Under the pieces are notes generated by a model, which was not told the origin of the DNA, ran no database searches, and saw only the letters and a program-made list of their open reading frames with translations. Both the position numbers and the translations under genes were made by a program. From positions 1,054,001 to 1,118,000 of the forward strand of contig JAWMAR010000508.1 in the NCBI GenBank assembly GCA_036785375.1: a stretch of DNA of 64,000 nucleotides, in the 5' to 3' direction. Shown in pieces: positions 1 through 11,469 of the stretch. Positions within the stretch are counted from its first letter, which is position 1. Every line of letters begins with the position of its first letter. The DNA comes from Leucoraja ocellata (Eukaryota).

Positions 1-670
1 CCCCAGCTCCAGGTCGATGCCCCAGCTCCAGGTCGCTGCCCCAGCTCCAGATCCGGCAGTCTCCGCACCGGGCCGCTGCCCCAGCTCCAGGTCGATGCCC
101 CAGCTCCAGGTCGCCGCCCCCAGCTCCAGATCCTGCAGTCTCCGCACCGGGCCGCTGCCCCAGCTCCAGGTCGATGCCCCAGCTCCAGGTCGCTGCCCCA
201 GCTCCAGGCCGCCGCGCCAGCTTCTGGTCCCGCAGTCGCTGCTCCAGGTCCCGCCGTCTCCGCTCTGGGCCGCTGCCCCAGCTCCAGATCCTGCAGTCTC
301 CGCTCTGGGCCGCTGCCCCAGCTCCGGGCCGCTGCCCCAGCTCCGGGCCCCGCTGCATCAGCCCCAGGCCGCCGCCGAAAGTCAGAACGCCGCACCAGCA
401 AGTCGGGCCACCGCTGCTCAGCCCCGAAGACGGCCAGCCTCTCGTTGGTAAGTCCTGGCTGGCTCTGCCTCCGGAGCCTCGGGGTCGGTCACAGGCTGGA
501 GGCCGCCAGCTCCGCCATTAGGCCTCAGCGCAGACGGAGGCAGAGAAGGGGGATACGACATGAAAAAGTCGCATTCCCCCGAAGGAAGAGACAGAGAACA
601 TGTTCCACCCCCTCTAACACAACCCAACAAACTAAAACTTAACCAAAACAAGACAAAAAAAACAACAGAA
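1..670 (-). mobile_element. GC-rich non-autonomous retroelement with an internal ~19-bp tandem repeat (GCCCCAGCTCCAGGTCGxT)
   Basis: Tandem units at 1-350. The segment 560-670 resembles 9700-9850 of another GC-rich element. ORFs here are low-complexity. Confidence 0.45.
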
Positions 671-671
671 A

Positions 672-1222
672 ATTTTGGTGTCCAAATCTGAGGAAGGACA
701 TTATTGCCATAGAGGGAGTGCAGAGAAGGTTCACCAGACTGATTCCTGGGATGTCAGGACTGTCTTATGAAGAAAGATTGGGTAGACTTGGTTTATACTC
801 TCTAGAATTTAGGAGATTGAGAGGGGATCTTATAGAAACTTACAAAATTCTTAAGGGGTTGGACAGGCTAGATGCAGGAAGATTGCTCCCGATGATGGGG
901 AAGTCCAGGACAAGGGGTCACAGCTTAAGGATAAGGGGGAAATCCTTTAAAACCGAGATGAGAAGAACTTGTTTCACACAGAGAGTGGTGAATCTCTGGA
1001 ACTCTCTGCCACAGAGGGTAGTTGAGGCCACAGTTCATTGGCTATATTTAAGAGGGAGTTAGATGTGGCCCTTGTGGCTAAGGGGATCAGAGGGTATGGA
1101 GAGAAGGCAGGTACGGGATACTGAGTTGGATGATCAGCCATGATCATATTGAATGGCGGTGCAGGCTCGAAGGGCCGAATGGCCTCTACTCATGCACCTA
1201 ATTTCTATGTTTCTATGTTTCT
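672..1222 (+). mobile_element. CR1 LINE family A, 3' fragment
   Basis: CR1 ORF2 C-terminus ([21 protein letters not shown]...LRGDLIETYKILKG) and a (TTTCTATG)n tail. Confidence 0.92.
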
Positions 1223-1249
1223 AGGACATGTCAGTGTGTGTCTACTCAC

Positions 1250-1531
1250 ATTCTACAGTGAGGGTCCCATTCCTCTCTGCTGTCCCGTGTTCATTCTCTG
1301 CCACACACTGATAGACCCCAGCGTCCTGCCATGTCAGCTGAGAGAACTCCATCCACAGTTCGTTGTTGGAACGTGTTGTGTTCAGCGTGGCACCGAGATG
1401 TCTCCACGTCAGGTTAGATGTTGGGAAACTGTGGACGGAGCAGAGGATCGCTGGAGAGTTTCCTTCCTTTATACTGACCCAGGAACTGTTCACGTCATCG
1501 GGGGAAGTGATTGATAGATTCTGGGGGGCGT
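1250..1531 (-). CDS. Siglec-like third Ig domain exon (C2/I-set); gene continues beyond the left window edge
   Basis: Splice sites ttgtag| and T|gtgagt, phase 1-1, open frame: YAPQNLSITSPDDVNSSWVSIKEGNSPAILCSVHSFPTSNLTW...WQDAGVYQCVAENEHGTAERNGTLTVE, with the DxGxYxC motif. Confidence 0.88.
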
Positions 1532-1572
1532 CTACAAACAGATAAAATTCAGCAATCAGTTTTGTGGCACTT

Positions 1573-2193
1573 ACATAGAAACATAGAAATTAGGTGCAGG
1601 AGTATGCCGTTCGGCCCTTCGAGCCTGCACCGCCATTCAATATGAACATGGCTGATCATCCAACTCAGTATCCAGTACCTGCCTTCTCTCCATACCCCCT
1701 GATCCCCTTAGCCACAAGGGCCACATCTAACTCCCTCTTAAATATAGCCAATGAACTGTGGCCTCGACTACCCTCTGCGGCAGAGAGTTCCAGAGATTCA
1801 CCACTCTCTGTGTGAAAAAACGTTCTTCTCATCTCGGTTTTAAAGGATTTCCCCCTTATTCTTAAGCTGTGACCCCTTGTCCTGGACTTCCCCAACATCG
1901 GGAGCAATCTTCCTGCATCTAGCCTGTCCAACCCCTTAAGAATTTTGTAAGTTTCTATAAGATCCCCTCTCAATTACCTAAATTCTAGAGAGTATAAACC
2001 AAGTCTATCCAGTCTTTCTTCATAAGACAGTCCTGACATCCCAGGAATCAGTCTGGTGAACCTTCTCTGCACTCCCTCTATGGCAAGAATGTCCTTCCTC
2101 AGATTTGGAGACCAAAACTGTACGCAATACTCCAGGTGTGGTCTCACCAAGACCCTGTACAACTGCAGTAGAACCTCCCTGCTCCTATACTCC
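1573..2193 (-). mobile_element. CR1 LINE family A, 3' fragment
   Basis: Reverse complement of the same family, with a CATAGAAA tail at 1573. Confidence 0.92.
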
Positions 2194-3263
2194 TATGGGA
2201 GAAGCCAGAGGGTAATGGTGGATGGCTGTTTTTCGGGTTGGAGGCAGTTGATTAGTGGGGTGCCTCAGGGACCTGTGTTGGGTCCTTTGTTGTTTGTCAT
2301 GTACATCAATGATCTGGATGAAGGTGTGGTAAATTGGATTAGTAAGTATGCAGATGATACCAAGATAGGGGGAGTTGTGGATAATGAAGAGGATTTCCAA
2401 AGTCTACAGAGTGATTTAGGCCATTTGGAAAAATTGGCTGAAAGATGGCAGATGGAGTTTAATGCTGATAAATGTGAGGTGCTACACCTTTGCAGGACAA
2501 ATCAAAATAGGACGTACATGGTAAATGGTATGGAATTGAAGAATACAGTTGAACAGAGGGATCTGGGTATAACCGTGCATAGTTCCTTGAAGGTGGAATC
2601 TCATATAGATAGGGTGGTAAAGAAAGCTTTTGGTATGCTAGCCTTTATAAATCAGAGCATTGAGTATAGAAGCTGCGATGTAATGTTAAAATTGTACAAG
2701 GCATTGGTGAGACCAAATCTGGAGTATGGTGTACAATTTTGGTCGCCCAATTATAGGAAGGATGTCAACAAAATAGAGAGAGTACAGAGTAGATTTACTA
2801 GAACGTTGCCTGGGTTTCAACAACTAAGTTACAGAGATAGGTTGAATAAGTTAGGTCTTTATTCTCTGGAGCGCAGAAGGTTAAGGGGGGACCTGATAGA
2901 GGTCTTTAAAATGATGAGAGGGATAGACAGAGTTGATGTGGACAAGCTTTTCCCTTTGAGAATAGGGAAGATTCAAACAAGAGGACATGACTTCAGAATT
3001 AAGGGACAGAAGTTTAGGGGTAATATGAGGGGGAACTTCTTTACGCAGAGAGTGGTGGAATGAGCTCCCAGTGGAAGTGGTGGAGGCAGGTTCATTGGTA
3101 TCATTTAAAAATAAATTGGATAGGCATATGGATGAGAAGGGAATGGAGGGTCATGGTATGAGTGCAGGCAGGTGGGACTAAGGGGAAAAAATTGTTCGGC
3201 ATGGACTTGTAGGTCCGAGATGGCCTGTTTCCGTGCTGTAATTGTTATATGGTTATATGGTTA
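2194..3263 (+). mobile_element. CR1 LINE family B, 5'-truncated, open RT fragment
   Basis: GVPQGPVLGPLLF...KYADD motifs and an (ATATGGTT)n tail. Confidence 0.93.
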
Positions 3264-3578
3264 TACTCAAATCCTTTTGCTATGAAAGCTAACATACCAT
3301 TCGCTTTCTTCACTGCCTGCTGCACCTGCATGCCTACTTTCGATGACTGGTGTACCATGACACCCAGGTCTCGCCGCATCACCCCTTTTCCTAGTCGGCC
3401 ACCAGGTTATGGGGAGAAGGCAGGAGAAAGGGGTTAGGAGGGAGAAATAGATCAGCCGTGATTGACTGGCGGAGTGGACTTGATGGCCTAATTCTGCTCA
3501 TATCGCCTATGACCTTCTATACCAGCACTGCTAATGGATTATTGCTGTTCCTCCACAATGAACGATCTCCGTACTTAC

Positions 3579-3872
3579 ATTGAACAGCCATTGTGAGGAT
3601 CTGCTCGGATGAGACTGTTGGGTATGTGACTCTGCAGGTGAGGTTTTGCCCGTGATGTTTGCGTGCTAGGGTCAGGTACAGAACAGAAGTATATGTCAGA
3701 GTGTCTCCCTGCTGAGTTACGCTGCGTGAGGCTGATGGTGGATCATCAGCGGGGGTGACCCAGGTTAAGGTGGGGGCTGTACCATCACACGTGTGGTAGA
3801 AGGAGCAGGTCACGTTCACAGGCCGGCCTGCCACCATTTCAGCAGGGAATATCGTGGGTTTATCTGTGAAAT
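3579..3872 (-). CDS. Siglec-like second Ig domain exon (C2-set)
   Basis: Splice sites tgttag| and T|gtaagt, phase 1-1, open frame: DFTDKPTIFPAEMVAGRPVNVTCSFYHTCDGTAPTLTW...HHGQNLTCRVTYPTVSSEQILTMAVQ. The extra Cys (HTC) fits the Siglec interdomain disulfide. Confidence 0.88.
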
Positions 3873-4067
3873 CTAACACACACAGAAACAGATACTTTTA
3901 GATAAATATAACGAGATACATCAGTTCACATGGTAATCCCAGTCCCACATGAGGAAGAATGTTTTTACAAGGTACAGAAGTGTGAAAACACACAGCTCCA
4001 GATTATCAAGAACCAGCCTCACCCCCAGTCACCCCCTCTTCCCCCCTCTCCCACCGGGCAAAAGGTA

Positions 4068-5141
4068 CTAGAATGTTGCCTGGGTTTCAACAACTAAGTT
4101 ACAGAGATAGGTTCAATAAGTTAGGTCTTTATTCTTTGGAGCGCAGAAGGTTAAGGGGGGACTTGGTAGTGGTCTTTAAAATGATTAGAGGGATAGACAG
4201 AGTTGATGTGGACAAGCTTTTCCCTTTGAGAATAGGGAAGATTCAAACAAGAGGACATTACTTCAGAATTAAGGAACAGAAGTTTAGGGGTAACATGAGG
4301 GAGAACTTCTTTACTCAGAGAGTGGTAGGGTGGCAAAAAATGTTGGTGGCAAAACCAGGAAAGCAGACTATTATCTAAATGGTGGCCGACTAGGAAAAGG
4401 GGGAGATGCAGCGAGACCTGGGTGTCATGGTACACCAGTCGTTGAAGGTAGGCATGCAGGTGCAGCAGTCAGTGAAGAAAGCGAATGGTATGTTAGCTTT
4501 CATAGCAAAAGGATTTCAGTATAGGAGCAGGGAGGTTCTACTGCAGTTGTACAGGGTCTTGGTGAGACCACACCTGGAGTATTGCGTACAGTTTTGGTGT
4601 CCAAATCTGAGGAAGGACATTATTGCCATAGAGGGAGTGCAGAGAAGGTTCACCAGACTGATTCCTGGGATGTCAGGACTGTCTTATGAAGAAAGACTGG
4701 ATAGACTTGGTTTATACTCTCTAGAATTTAGGAGATTGAGAGGGGATCTTATAGAAACTTACAAAATTCTTAAGGGGTTGGACAGGCTAGATGCAGGAAG
4801 ATTGCTCCCGATGTTGGGGAAGTCCAGGACAAGGGGTCACAGCTTAAGGATAAGGGGGAAATCCTTTAAAACCGAGATGAGAAGAACTTTTTTCACACAT
4901 AGAGTGGTGAATCTCTGGAACTCTCTGTCGCAGAGGGTAGTCGAGGCCAGTTCATTGGCTATATTTAAGAGGGAGTTAGATGTGGCCCTTGTGGCTAAGG
5001 GGATCAGAGGGTATGGAGAGAAGGCAGGTACGGGATACTGAGTTGGATGATCAGCCATGATCATATTGAATGGCGGTGCAGGCTCGAAGGGCCGAATGGC
5101 CTACTCCTGCACCTAATTTCTATGTTTCTATGTTTCTATGT
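4068..5141 (+). mobile_element. CR1-B fragment (4068-4326) joined to a CR1-A 3' fragment (4340-5141)
   Basis: ORFs 4073-4378 and 4406-5041 match the two families; TTTCTATG tail. Confidence 0.9.
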
Positions 5142-5798
5142 CTAAGACAATTCCCCATATCTCCGAGCCTGTCTCGAAGGCAAACCAGGCTAAAATACTG
5201 AACCTGGCTCAACACACTTCTGGCCAAATTCCAACCTTATTGGAATACTAGTAATGTCCAGTGTTACCTGGTTAAATTGCGTCCGACAATGTCTCAATCA
5301 TTTGAGTATTGTACAGCCAATTGTAAATCTTAGCAACTTGTTCGTGGTCACTTAGTTGTAAAGTAACTCTGCTTTCATGCTGATACCAGCTTCAGTGAAC
5401 CGCTAACTGCCGATGTAGCCGTGGGGTGCGCTGTCCCCGAAACTATGAAGCCTTCCTCGTCATTGACCTAATTGGTCTAACAGTTTATGCTTCCTCCTTC
5501 AGGTTTTGCCTGTAGAATAGGTATTACCTGAATAGAAGATTCGGCAGGTGGCTGTAACGTCCCCTGATAGTGGTGTTCACTGCATTGTGTTGGGTGGCAA
5601 CCTTACTGCCAGGAATCGTACCTCTGACACATGCCCTCCATCCCTTGAGGTATGCTCCACGCTATACCCTCAGCCTCGGCATCAGATTTACACTGACCCG
5701 GCATGTTCTCCTCCTCCTCCATAAGGGAGACATTAAGCAGCCCTACTACAAGGTGCAGCTGGCGCAGCCTCTCAAACAGGCCCACCCTTCAGGGTCAG

Positions 5799-6720
5799 AA
5801 CATAGAAACATAGAAACATAGAAATTAAGTGCAGGAGTAGGCCATTCGGCCATTCGAGCCTGCACCGCCATTCAATATGATCATGGCTGATCATCCAACT
5901 CAGTATCCCGTACCTGCCTTCTCTCCATACCCTCTGATCCCCTTAGCCACAAGGGCCTCGACTACCCTCTGCGGCAGAGAGTTCCAGAGATTCACCACTC
6001 TCTGTGTGAACAAAGTTCTTCTCATCTCGGTTTTAAATGATTTCCCCCTTTAAGAGGGAGTTAGATGTGGCCCTTGTGGCTAAGGGGATCAGGGGGTATG
6101 GAGAGAAGGCAGGTACGGGATACTGAGTTGGATGATCAGCCATGATCATATTCAATGGCGAATGGTGCAGGCTCAAAGGGCCGAATGGCCTCTACTTCTG
6201 CACCTAATTTCTATGTATCTATGTTTCTATATAACCATATAACAATTACAGCACGGAAACAGGCCATCTCGACCCGTCTAGTCCGTGCTGAACACATATT
6301 CTCCCCTAGTCCCATATACCTGCGCTCAGACCATAACCTTCCATTCCCTTCCCGTCCATATAACTATCCAATTTATTTTTAAATGATAAAAACGAACCCG
6401 CCTCCACCACCTTCACTGGAAGCTCATTCCACACAGCCACCACTCTCTGAGTAAAGAATTTCCCCCTCATGTTACCCCTAAACTTCAGTCCCTTAATTCT
6501 CAAGTCATGTCCCCTTGTTTGAATCTACCCTACTCTCAGTGGGAAAAGCTTATCCACGTCAACTCTGTCTATCCCTCTCATCATTTTAAAGACCTCTATC
6601 AAGTCCCCCCTTAACCTTCTGCGCTCCAAAGAATAAAGCCCTAACTTGTTCAAACTTTCTCTGTAACTTAGTTGCTGAAACCCAGGCAACATTCTAGTAA
6701 ATCTCCTCTGTACTCTCTCT
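5799..6720. mobile_element. Rearranged CR1-A 3' ends (5799-6228) plus a CR1-B-like fragment on the minus strand (6232-6720)
   Basis: Family-diagnostic tails and ORF2 C-terminal peptides. Confidence 0.85.
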
Positions 6721-6773
6721 AACAGCTGGGAAGAAACTGTTGAGTGAATGAGTGAATTATACAGGACACTTAC

Positions 6774-7141
6774 CAATAACACGGAGCTGTGTTGGAGGGT
6801 GGTAGTTGTAATGATTTTCATCTCTAAAATCAACTCTGAAAATATAAGGACCTGTATCTTGCTGCCTGACGTTGTCTATAACCAGGGAACAGTCGTTGTC
6901 TCTCAGGACTCCTGACAGCCGGGTCCGGTGCTGAAACTGTGTTGATATTACACTGGGACGCCTGGAGTGGAAGGCTACAGACCGATAGTTCTGTGTCTCA
7001 CTGTTATACCAGATTCCAGTCCGTGGTTTTTTTTATTTAGATACCACGGGTACCTGTACTGACACGGAATCCGTGCACACAAACCATTCTGCGCTGTCAC
7101 ACGTGGTGGATTGTCCGCTCTCCACTGTCCCGACACCACGG
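6774..7141 (-). CDS. Siglec/MAG/CD22-like V-set Ig domain exon (frameshift in an A8 run)
   Basis: Acceptor ctccacag| and donor G|gtaagt, phase 1-1. Translation VVSGQWRADNPPRVTAQNGLCARIPCQYRYPWYLNK/fs/PRTGIWYNSETQNYRSVAFHSRRPSVISTQFQHRTRLSGVLRDNDCSLVIDNVRQQDTGPYIFRVDFRDENHYNYHPPTQLRVI. Siglec hallmarks present: GLCxxIPC, E-strand DCSL, and DTGxYxFRV with the essential Arg in place of the canonical F-strand Cys. Confidence 0.88.
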
Positions 7142-7194
7142 CTGTGGAGAGAAGGAACAATCTTTAGCAGTGAACACCCTGTCAGTTCACTGGA

Positions 7195-7645
7195 CTCACT
7201 CTCCTCACTCCTCACCCCCCCCCCCCCCTCACACGGTGCGTCACTCCCACCTCACCCCCCCCCCCCCTCACACAGTCCGTCACTCCCTCCTCACCCCCCC
7301 CCCCACAGTGTGTGTCATTCCCTCCTCACCCACCCCCCCCCCACAGTGTGCGTCACTCCCACCTCACCCCCCCCCACAGTGTGTGTCATTCCCTCCTCAT
7401 CCCTCCCCACACAGTGCATCACTCCCTCCTCACTGCCCCTCCCACCGTGCGTCACTCCCTCCCACAGTGGGTGTCACTCCCTCCTCACCCCGCCTTCCAC
7501 AGTGTGTCACTCCCTCCTCACCCCCCCCCCCCCTTCCACAGTGTGTCACTCTCTCCTCACCGCACCTTCCACAGTGCGTCACTCCGTCCCACAGTGTGTG
7601 TCACTCCCACCTCACCACCCCTCCCTTCCACAGTGCGTCACTCCC
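7195..7645. repeat. C-rich minisatellite (~30-40 bp unit, CACAGTGTGTCACTCCCTCCTCACCCC) in Siglec intron 1
   Basis: About a dozen degenerate tandem units are directly visible. Confidence 0.9.
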
Positions 7646-7898
7646 AGGGACCAGTAGAGTGTCCCTTGTGGCCAGGGTCCGGAGGGCAAGGAGCACCGCC
7701 ACTCCACCTCGGGCCCATAGGGGGAGGAGTGACTCTGCTGTCAGCGACCGAAGGACTGGTGATGGGATCTAGGGAGTTGGCAGGGCCGAAGATGGCCTGG
7801 CTGGGTTGTTCCTGGGCCTGGACAAGCTGGCCATCCGCGAGCCACGGTGCCAGGCGGAAGAGGGCTTTGCCTGAACAGTTGCTTGCATCTTTGCAGTG

Positions 7899-8378
7899 AC
7901 CGATTAGGAAAAGGGGAGAGGCAGCGAGACCTGGGTGTCATGTTACACCAGTCATTGAAAGTAGGCATGCAGGTGCAGCAGGCAGTGAAGAAAGCGAATG
8001 GTATGTTAGCATTCATAGCAAGAGGATTTGAGTATAGGAGCAGGGAGGTTCTACTGCAGTTGTACAGGGTCTTGGTGAGACCACACCTGGAGTATTGCGT
8101 ACAGTTTTGGCCTCCTAATCTGAGGAAAGACATTCTTGCCATAGAGGGATTGCAGAGAATGTTCATCAGACTGATTCCTGGGATGTCAGGACTTTCATAT
8201 GAAGAAAGACTGGATAGACTGGGCTTTAGAATTTAGAAGATTGAGGGGGGATCTTATAGGGACTTACAAAATTCTTAAGGGGTTGGACAGGCTAGATGCA
8301 GGAAGATTGTTCCCGATGTTGGGGAAGTCCAGGACAGGAGGGTCACAGTTTAAGGATAAAGGATAAATCTTTAAGGAT
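7899..8378 (+). mobile_element. CR1-A fragment
   Basis: ORF 7847-8236 contains RDLGV...[12 protein letters not shown]. Confidence 0.9.
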
Positions 8379-8543
8379 ATGGGATGATGTTCCTCCAATT
8401 TGCATTTAGCCCCACTCTGACAGTAGAGGAGACCTAGGACAGAAAGGTCAGTGTGAGAATGGGACGGGTAATTAAAGTGTTTGGCAACCGGGAGATCAGG
8501 TAGGTCCAGGCAGACTGAGCAAAGGTGTTCAGCGAAATGATCA
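8379..8543 (-). mobile_element. Penelope-like GIY-YIG endonuclease fragment
   Basis: Minus strand encodes DHFAEHLCSVCLDLPDLPVAKHFNYPSHSHTDLSVLGLL, homologous to 41346-41672. Confidence 0.75.
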
Positions 8544-8769
8544 TAGCAGCCCCAGCACCGACCCCTGCGGAACTCCGCTAGTCACTGGCAGCCAACCAGT
8601 AAATGCCTCCTTGCCGGTAAACACTTCCGAGTTACTGCTGGTGGTGCCTTGGAGAAGGGAGAGGAGGAAGAACGATCGCTCGATCATTGTCCGATCCCAG
8701 ATATCCCGTCAGTTACCCGATCTGGAAGAGAAAGTAATTGCAGTCAAACTCCAGCGACCAATATACATA

Positions 8770-10060
8770 AAACGAAACGGATGTAATGCTGAGGTTCTAC
8801 AAGGCAGTGGTCAGGCCACATTTGGAATATTGTGAGCAATTTTGAGCCCCATATCAGATGAAGCATGTGCAGGCTCTGGATGGGATCAGAGGAGGTTTAC
8901 AGCAATGAGTGTGTTTACATACGATGAGCGTTTGACGGCACTGGGCCTTTACTCGCTGGAGTTTAGGAGAATGAGGGGGGGACCTCAATGAAACTTACCG
9001 AACAGTGAAAGGTTTGGAGAGTGTGGATGCGGAGAGGATATTTCCACTAGTGGGAGAGTTCACAGTCTCAGAATTAAAGGACGTTCTTTTAGGAAGGAAA
9101 TTATGTGGAATTTCTTTAGTCAGAGGGTGGTGAATCTGTGGAATTCTTTGACGCAGACGGCGGTGGAGGCCAATTCAAACTTTCAAGGTCAGTTTATGGT
9201 CTCATGTGCCATTTACGGTACTGTGAAGTTCGAATAACCAAAAAAAAGCAACAAGGGACACAACTGCATAAAAGTCACCATAAACATCCACCACAGTGGA
9301 CTCTCCACGATCCTCACCGGGACCGAGGGCAATAAAGTCCAAACCTCTTCTTCCTCTTTTATTCTCCCATGGTCGGGGCAATCGAACTATCCGCAGTCGG
9401 GAGGATTGAAGCTCCCGCAGCCGGCGTTGGGGCGATCGAAGACCCCGCATCGGGGCGATCGAAGCTCCTGCGGTTTGGAGTTTCCAGAAGTCGGTCTCTA
9501 ACCAGCGACCACAAGCTCCACGATGTTAAAGTCCACAGGCACCCATGGGTGGAGCCCCAAACTTGACCCCGACAGGGATCGTAAGCTCCGTGATGGTAAG
9601 TCCTGCAGACACCCGGGGTACAGCTCTCCAAGTCGGTCTCATGCAAATGCCACCAACTCCTCGATGTTAGACCGCAGTGCGGACGGAAATACGATACGGA
9701 AGAAAATCGCATCTCCGTTGAGGTAAGTGATTACAAAAAGTATCCCACAACTCCTGCCCACTCCCTACATAAAACAAGCTAAAGAACACTAAAAACATAC
9801 ATTTAACACACACAAACAGACAACAAAACAGGAAGGGACAGACAGACTGTTGGCGAGGCAGCCATCGCTAGCGCCACCTGGTGGTTAAGTCAGTGGATAT
9901 TTTTAAGGCTGAGATAGAAAGATTATGAATTAGTACGGGTGTCAGGGGTTATGGGGAGAAGGCAGGAGAATGGGGTTAGGAGGGAGAGATAGATCAGCCA
10001 GGATTGAATGGCGGAGTAGACTTGACGGGTCAAATATCCTAATTCTGCTACTATCACATG
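8770..10060 (+). mobile_element. Older CR1 subfamily fragment split by an insertion at ~9173-9886
   Basis: CR1-type 3' sequence ([19 protein letters not shown]). GTGGAGGCCAA|GTCAGTGGATAT rejoins across the insert. Confidence 0.75.
9173..9886 (-). mobile_element. GC-rich non-autonomous retroelement (~710 bp)
   Basis: A discrete insertion in a CR1. The minus strand starts GGTGGCGCTAGCGATGGCTGCC and ends CATAAACTGACCTTGAAAGTTTGAA. No credible ORF. Confidence 0.6.
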
Positions 10061-10085
10061 ACTGTAAATATCACCAACAACAAAC

Positions 10086-10137
10086 CCTGCAGCAACTGCA
10101 TTGAAGCTGTGGTCAATAAGGCAGACTAATGTCTCAT
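10086..10137 (-). pseudogene. Putative leader (signal peptide) exon of the Siglec-like gene, with an in-frame TAG at codon 4
   Basis: Minus strand reads ATG AGA CAT TAG TCT GCC TTA TTG ACC ACA GCT TCA ATG CAG TTG CTG CAG G|gtttgt = MRH*SALLTTASMQLLQ. The phase-1 donor joins in frame to the V exon, giving LLQAVVSGQW. Confidence 0.55.
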
Positions 10138-10182
10138 CTTCCTCAAAAGATGAAGAAAGTTCGGCACTTCCCCAGTGACTCA
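10138..10182 (-). promoter_or_regulatory. Candidate leukocyte-type proximal promoter motifs (AP-1 and ETS/PU.1) upstream of the leader ATG
   Basis: Minus strand has TGAGTCA (10182-10176) followed by GGGGAAGTG (10173-10165), and GAGGAAG abutting the ATG. Motif match only. Confidence 0.35.
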
Positions 10183-10487
10183 CACCAACCTCTCCACATG
10201 AATTGTGAAAGAACTGGGTTATGTTGCATCACATCCTGGTTTGGGACCAGCTCCGCTCAAGACCACAAGAAATTGCTGAGAGCTTAGTTTAGTTTAGTTT
10301 AGTTCAGAGAAGCAGCTCTGAAACAGGCCCCCTCGACCCGCCGAGTCCATGCCGGCCACCGATCACACATTCACATACTAGTTATATGTTTAGCTCTTGA
10401 GATACAATACAGAAACAGGACCTTCAGCCCATCGAGTCCGTGCTGACCAATAATCACCCATTCACACACTATTTCTGTCTTTAGTTC

Positions 10488-11200
10488 TTGGAAAAGGGGG
10501 AGATGCAGCGAGACCTGGGTGTCATGGTACACCAGTCATTGAAGGTAGGCATGCAGCAGGCAGTGAAGAAAACGAATGGTACGTTAGCTTTCATTGCAAA
10601 AGGATTTGAGTATAGGAGCAGGGATGTTCTACTGCAGTTGTACAGGGTCTTGGTGAGACCACACCTGGAGTATTGCGTACAGTTTTGGCCTGTTGGCCTT
10701 CATAACAAGAGGAGTTGAGTATAGGAGCAGGGAGGTTCTACTGCAGTTGTACAGGGTCTTGGTGAGACCACATCTGGAGTATTGCGTACAGTTTTGGCCT
10801 GTTGGTCTTCATAACAAGAGGAGTTGAGTACAGGAGCAGGGAGGTTCTACTGCAGTTGTACAGGGTCTTGGTGAGACCACACCTGGAGTATTGCGTACAG
10901 TTTTGGCCTGTTGGTCTTCATAACAAGAGGAGTTGAGAACAGGAGCAGGGAGGTTCTACTGCAGTTGTACAGGGTCTTGGTGAGACCACACCTGGAGTAT
11001 TGCGTACAGTTTTGGTCTCTAAATCTGAGGAAGGACATTATTGCCATAGAGGGAGTGCAGAGAAGGTTCACCAGACTGATTCCTGGGATGCCAGGACTGT
11101 CTTATGAAGAAAGACTGGATAGACTTGGTTTATACTCTCTAGAATTTATCTCGAAGGGCCGAATGGCCTACTCCTGCACCTAATTTCTATGTTGCTATGT
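10488..11200 (+). mobile_element. CR1-A fragment with an internal 109-bp unit tandemly repeated 4 times
   Basis: A GAGTATAGGAGCAGGG-like anchor recurs at 10608, 10717, 10826 and 10935. Confidence 0.88.
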
Positions 11201-11469
11201 TGAGGTACAATACAGCAACAGGACATAGAAACATAGAAATTAGGTGCAGGAGTAGAGGCCATTCGGCCCTTCGAGCCTGCACCATTCGCCATTCAATATG
11301 ATCACGGCTGATCATCCAACTCAGTATCCTGTACCTGCCTTCTCTCCATACCCCCTGATCCCTTTAGCCACAAGGGCCATATCTAACTCCCTCTTAAATA
11401 TAGCCAATGGACTGTGGCCTCAACTACCTTCTGTGGCAGAGAATATCAGAGATTCACCACTCTCTGCAT

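Noticed and set aside
17-521. Pro/Ala-rich ORFs
   Set aside because: Translations of a GC-rich tandem repeat that is open in several frames.
5142-5798. Possible extra Siglec exon in non-CR1 intronic sequence
   Set aside because: No Ig motifs, the minus-strand frames I read contain stops, and the V and C2 exons already join in frame.
7300-7640. Repeated CACAGTG next to a V-type exon as V(D)J recombination signals
   Set aside because: No ACAAAAACC nonamer at 12 or 23 bp spacing, the heptamers lie 5' of the V exon inside a minisatellite, and the V domain is Siglec-type rather than Ig/TCR-type.
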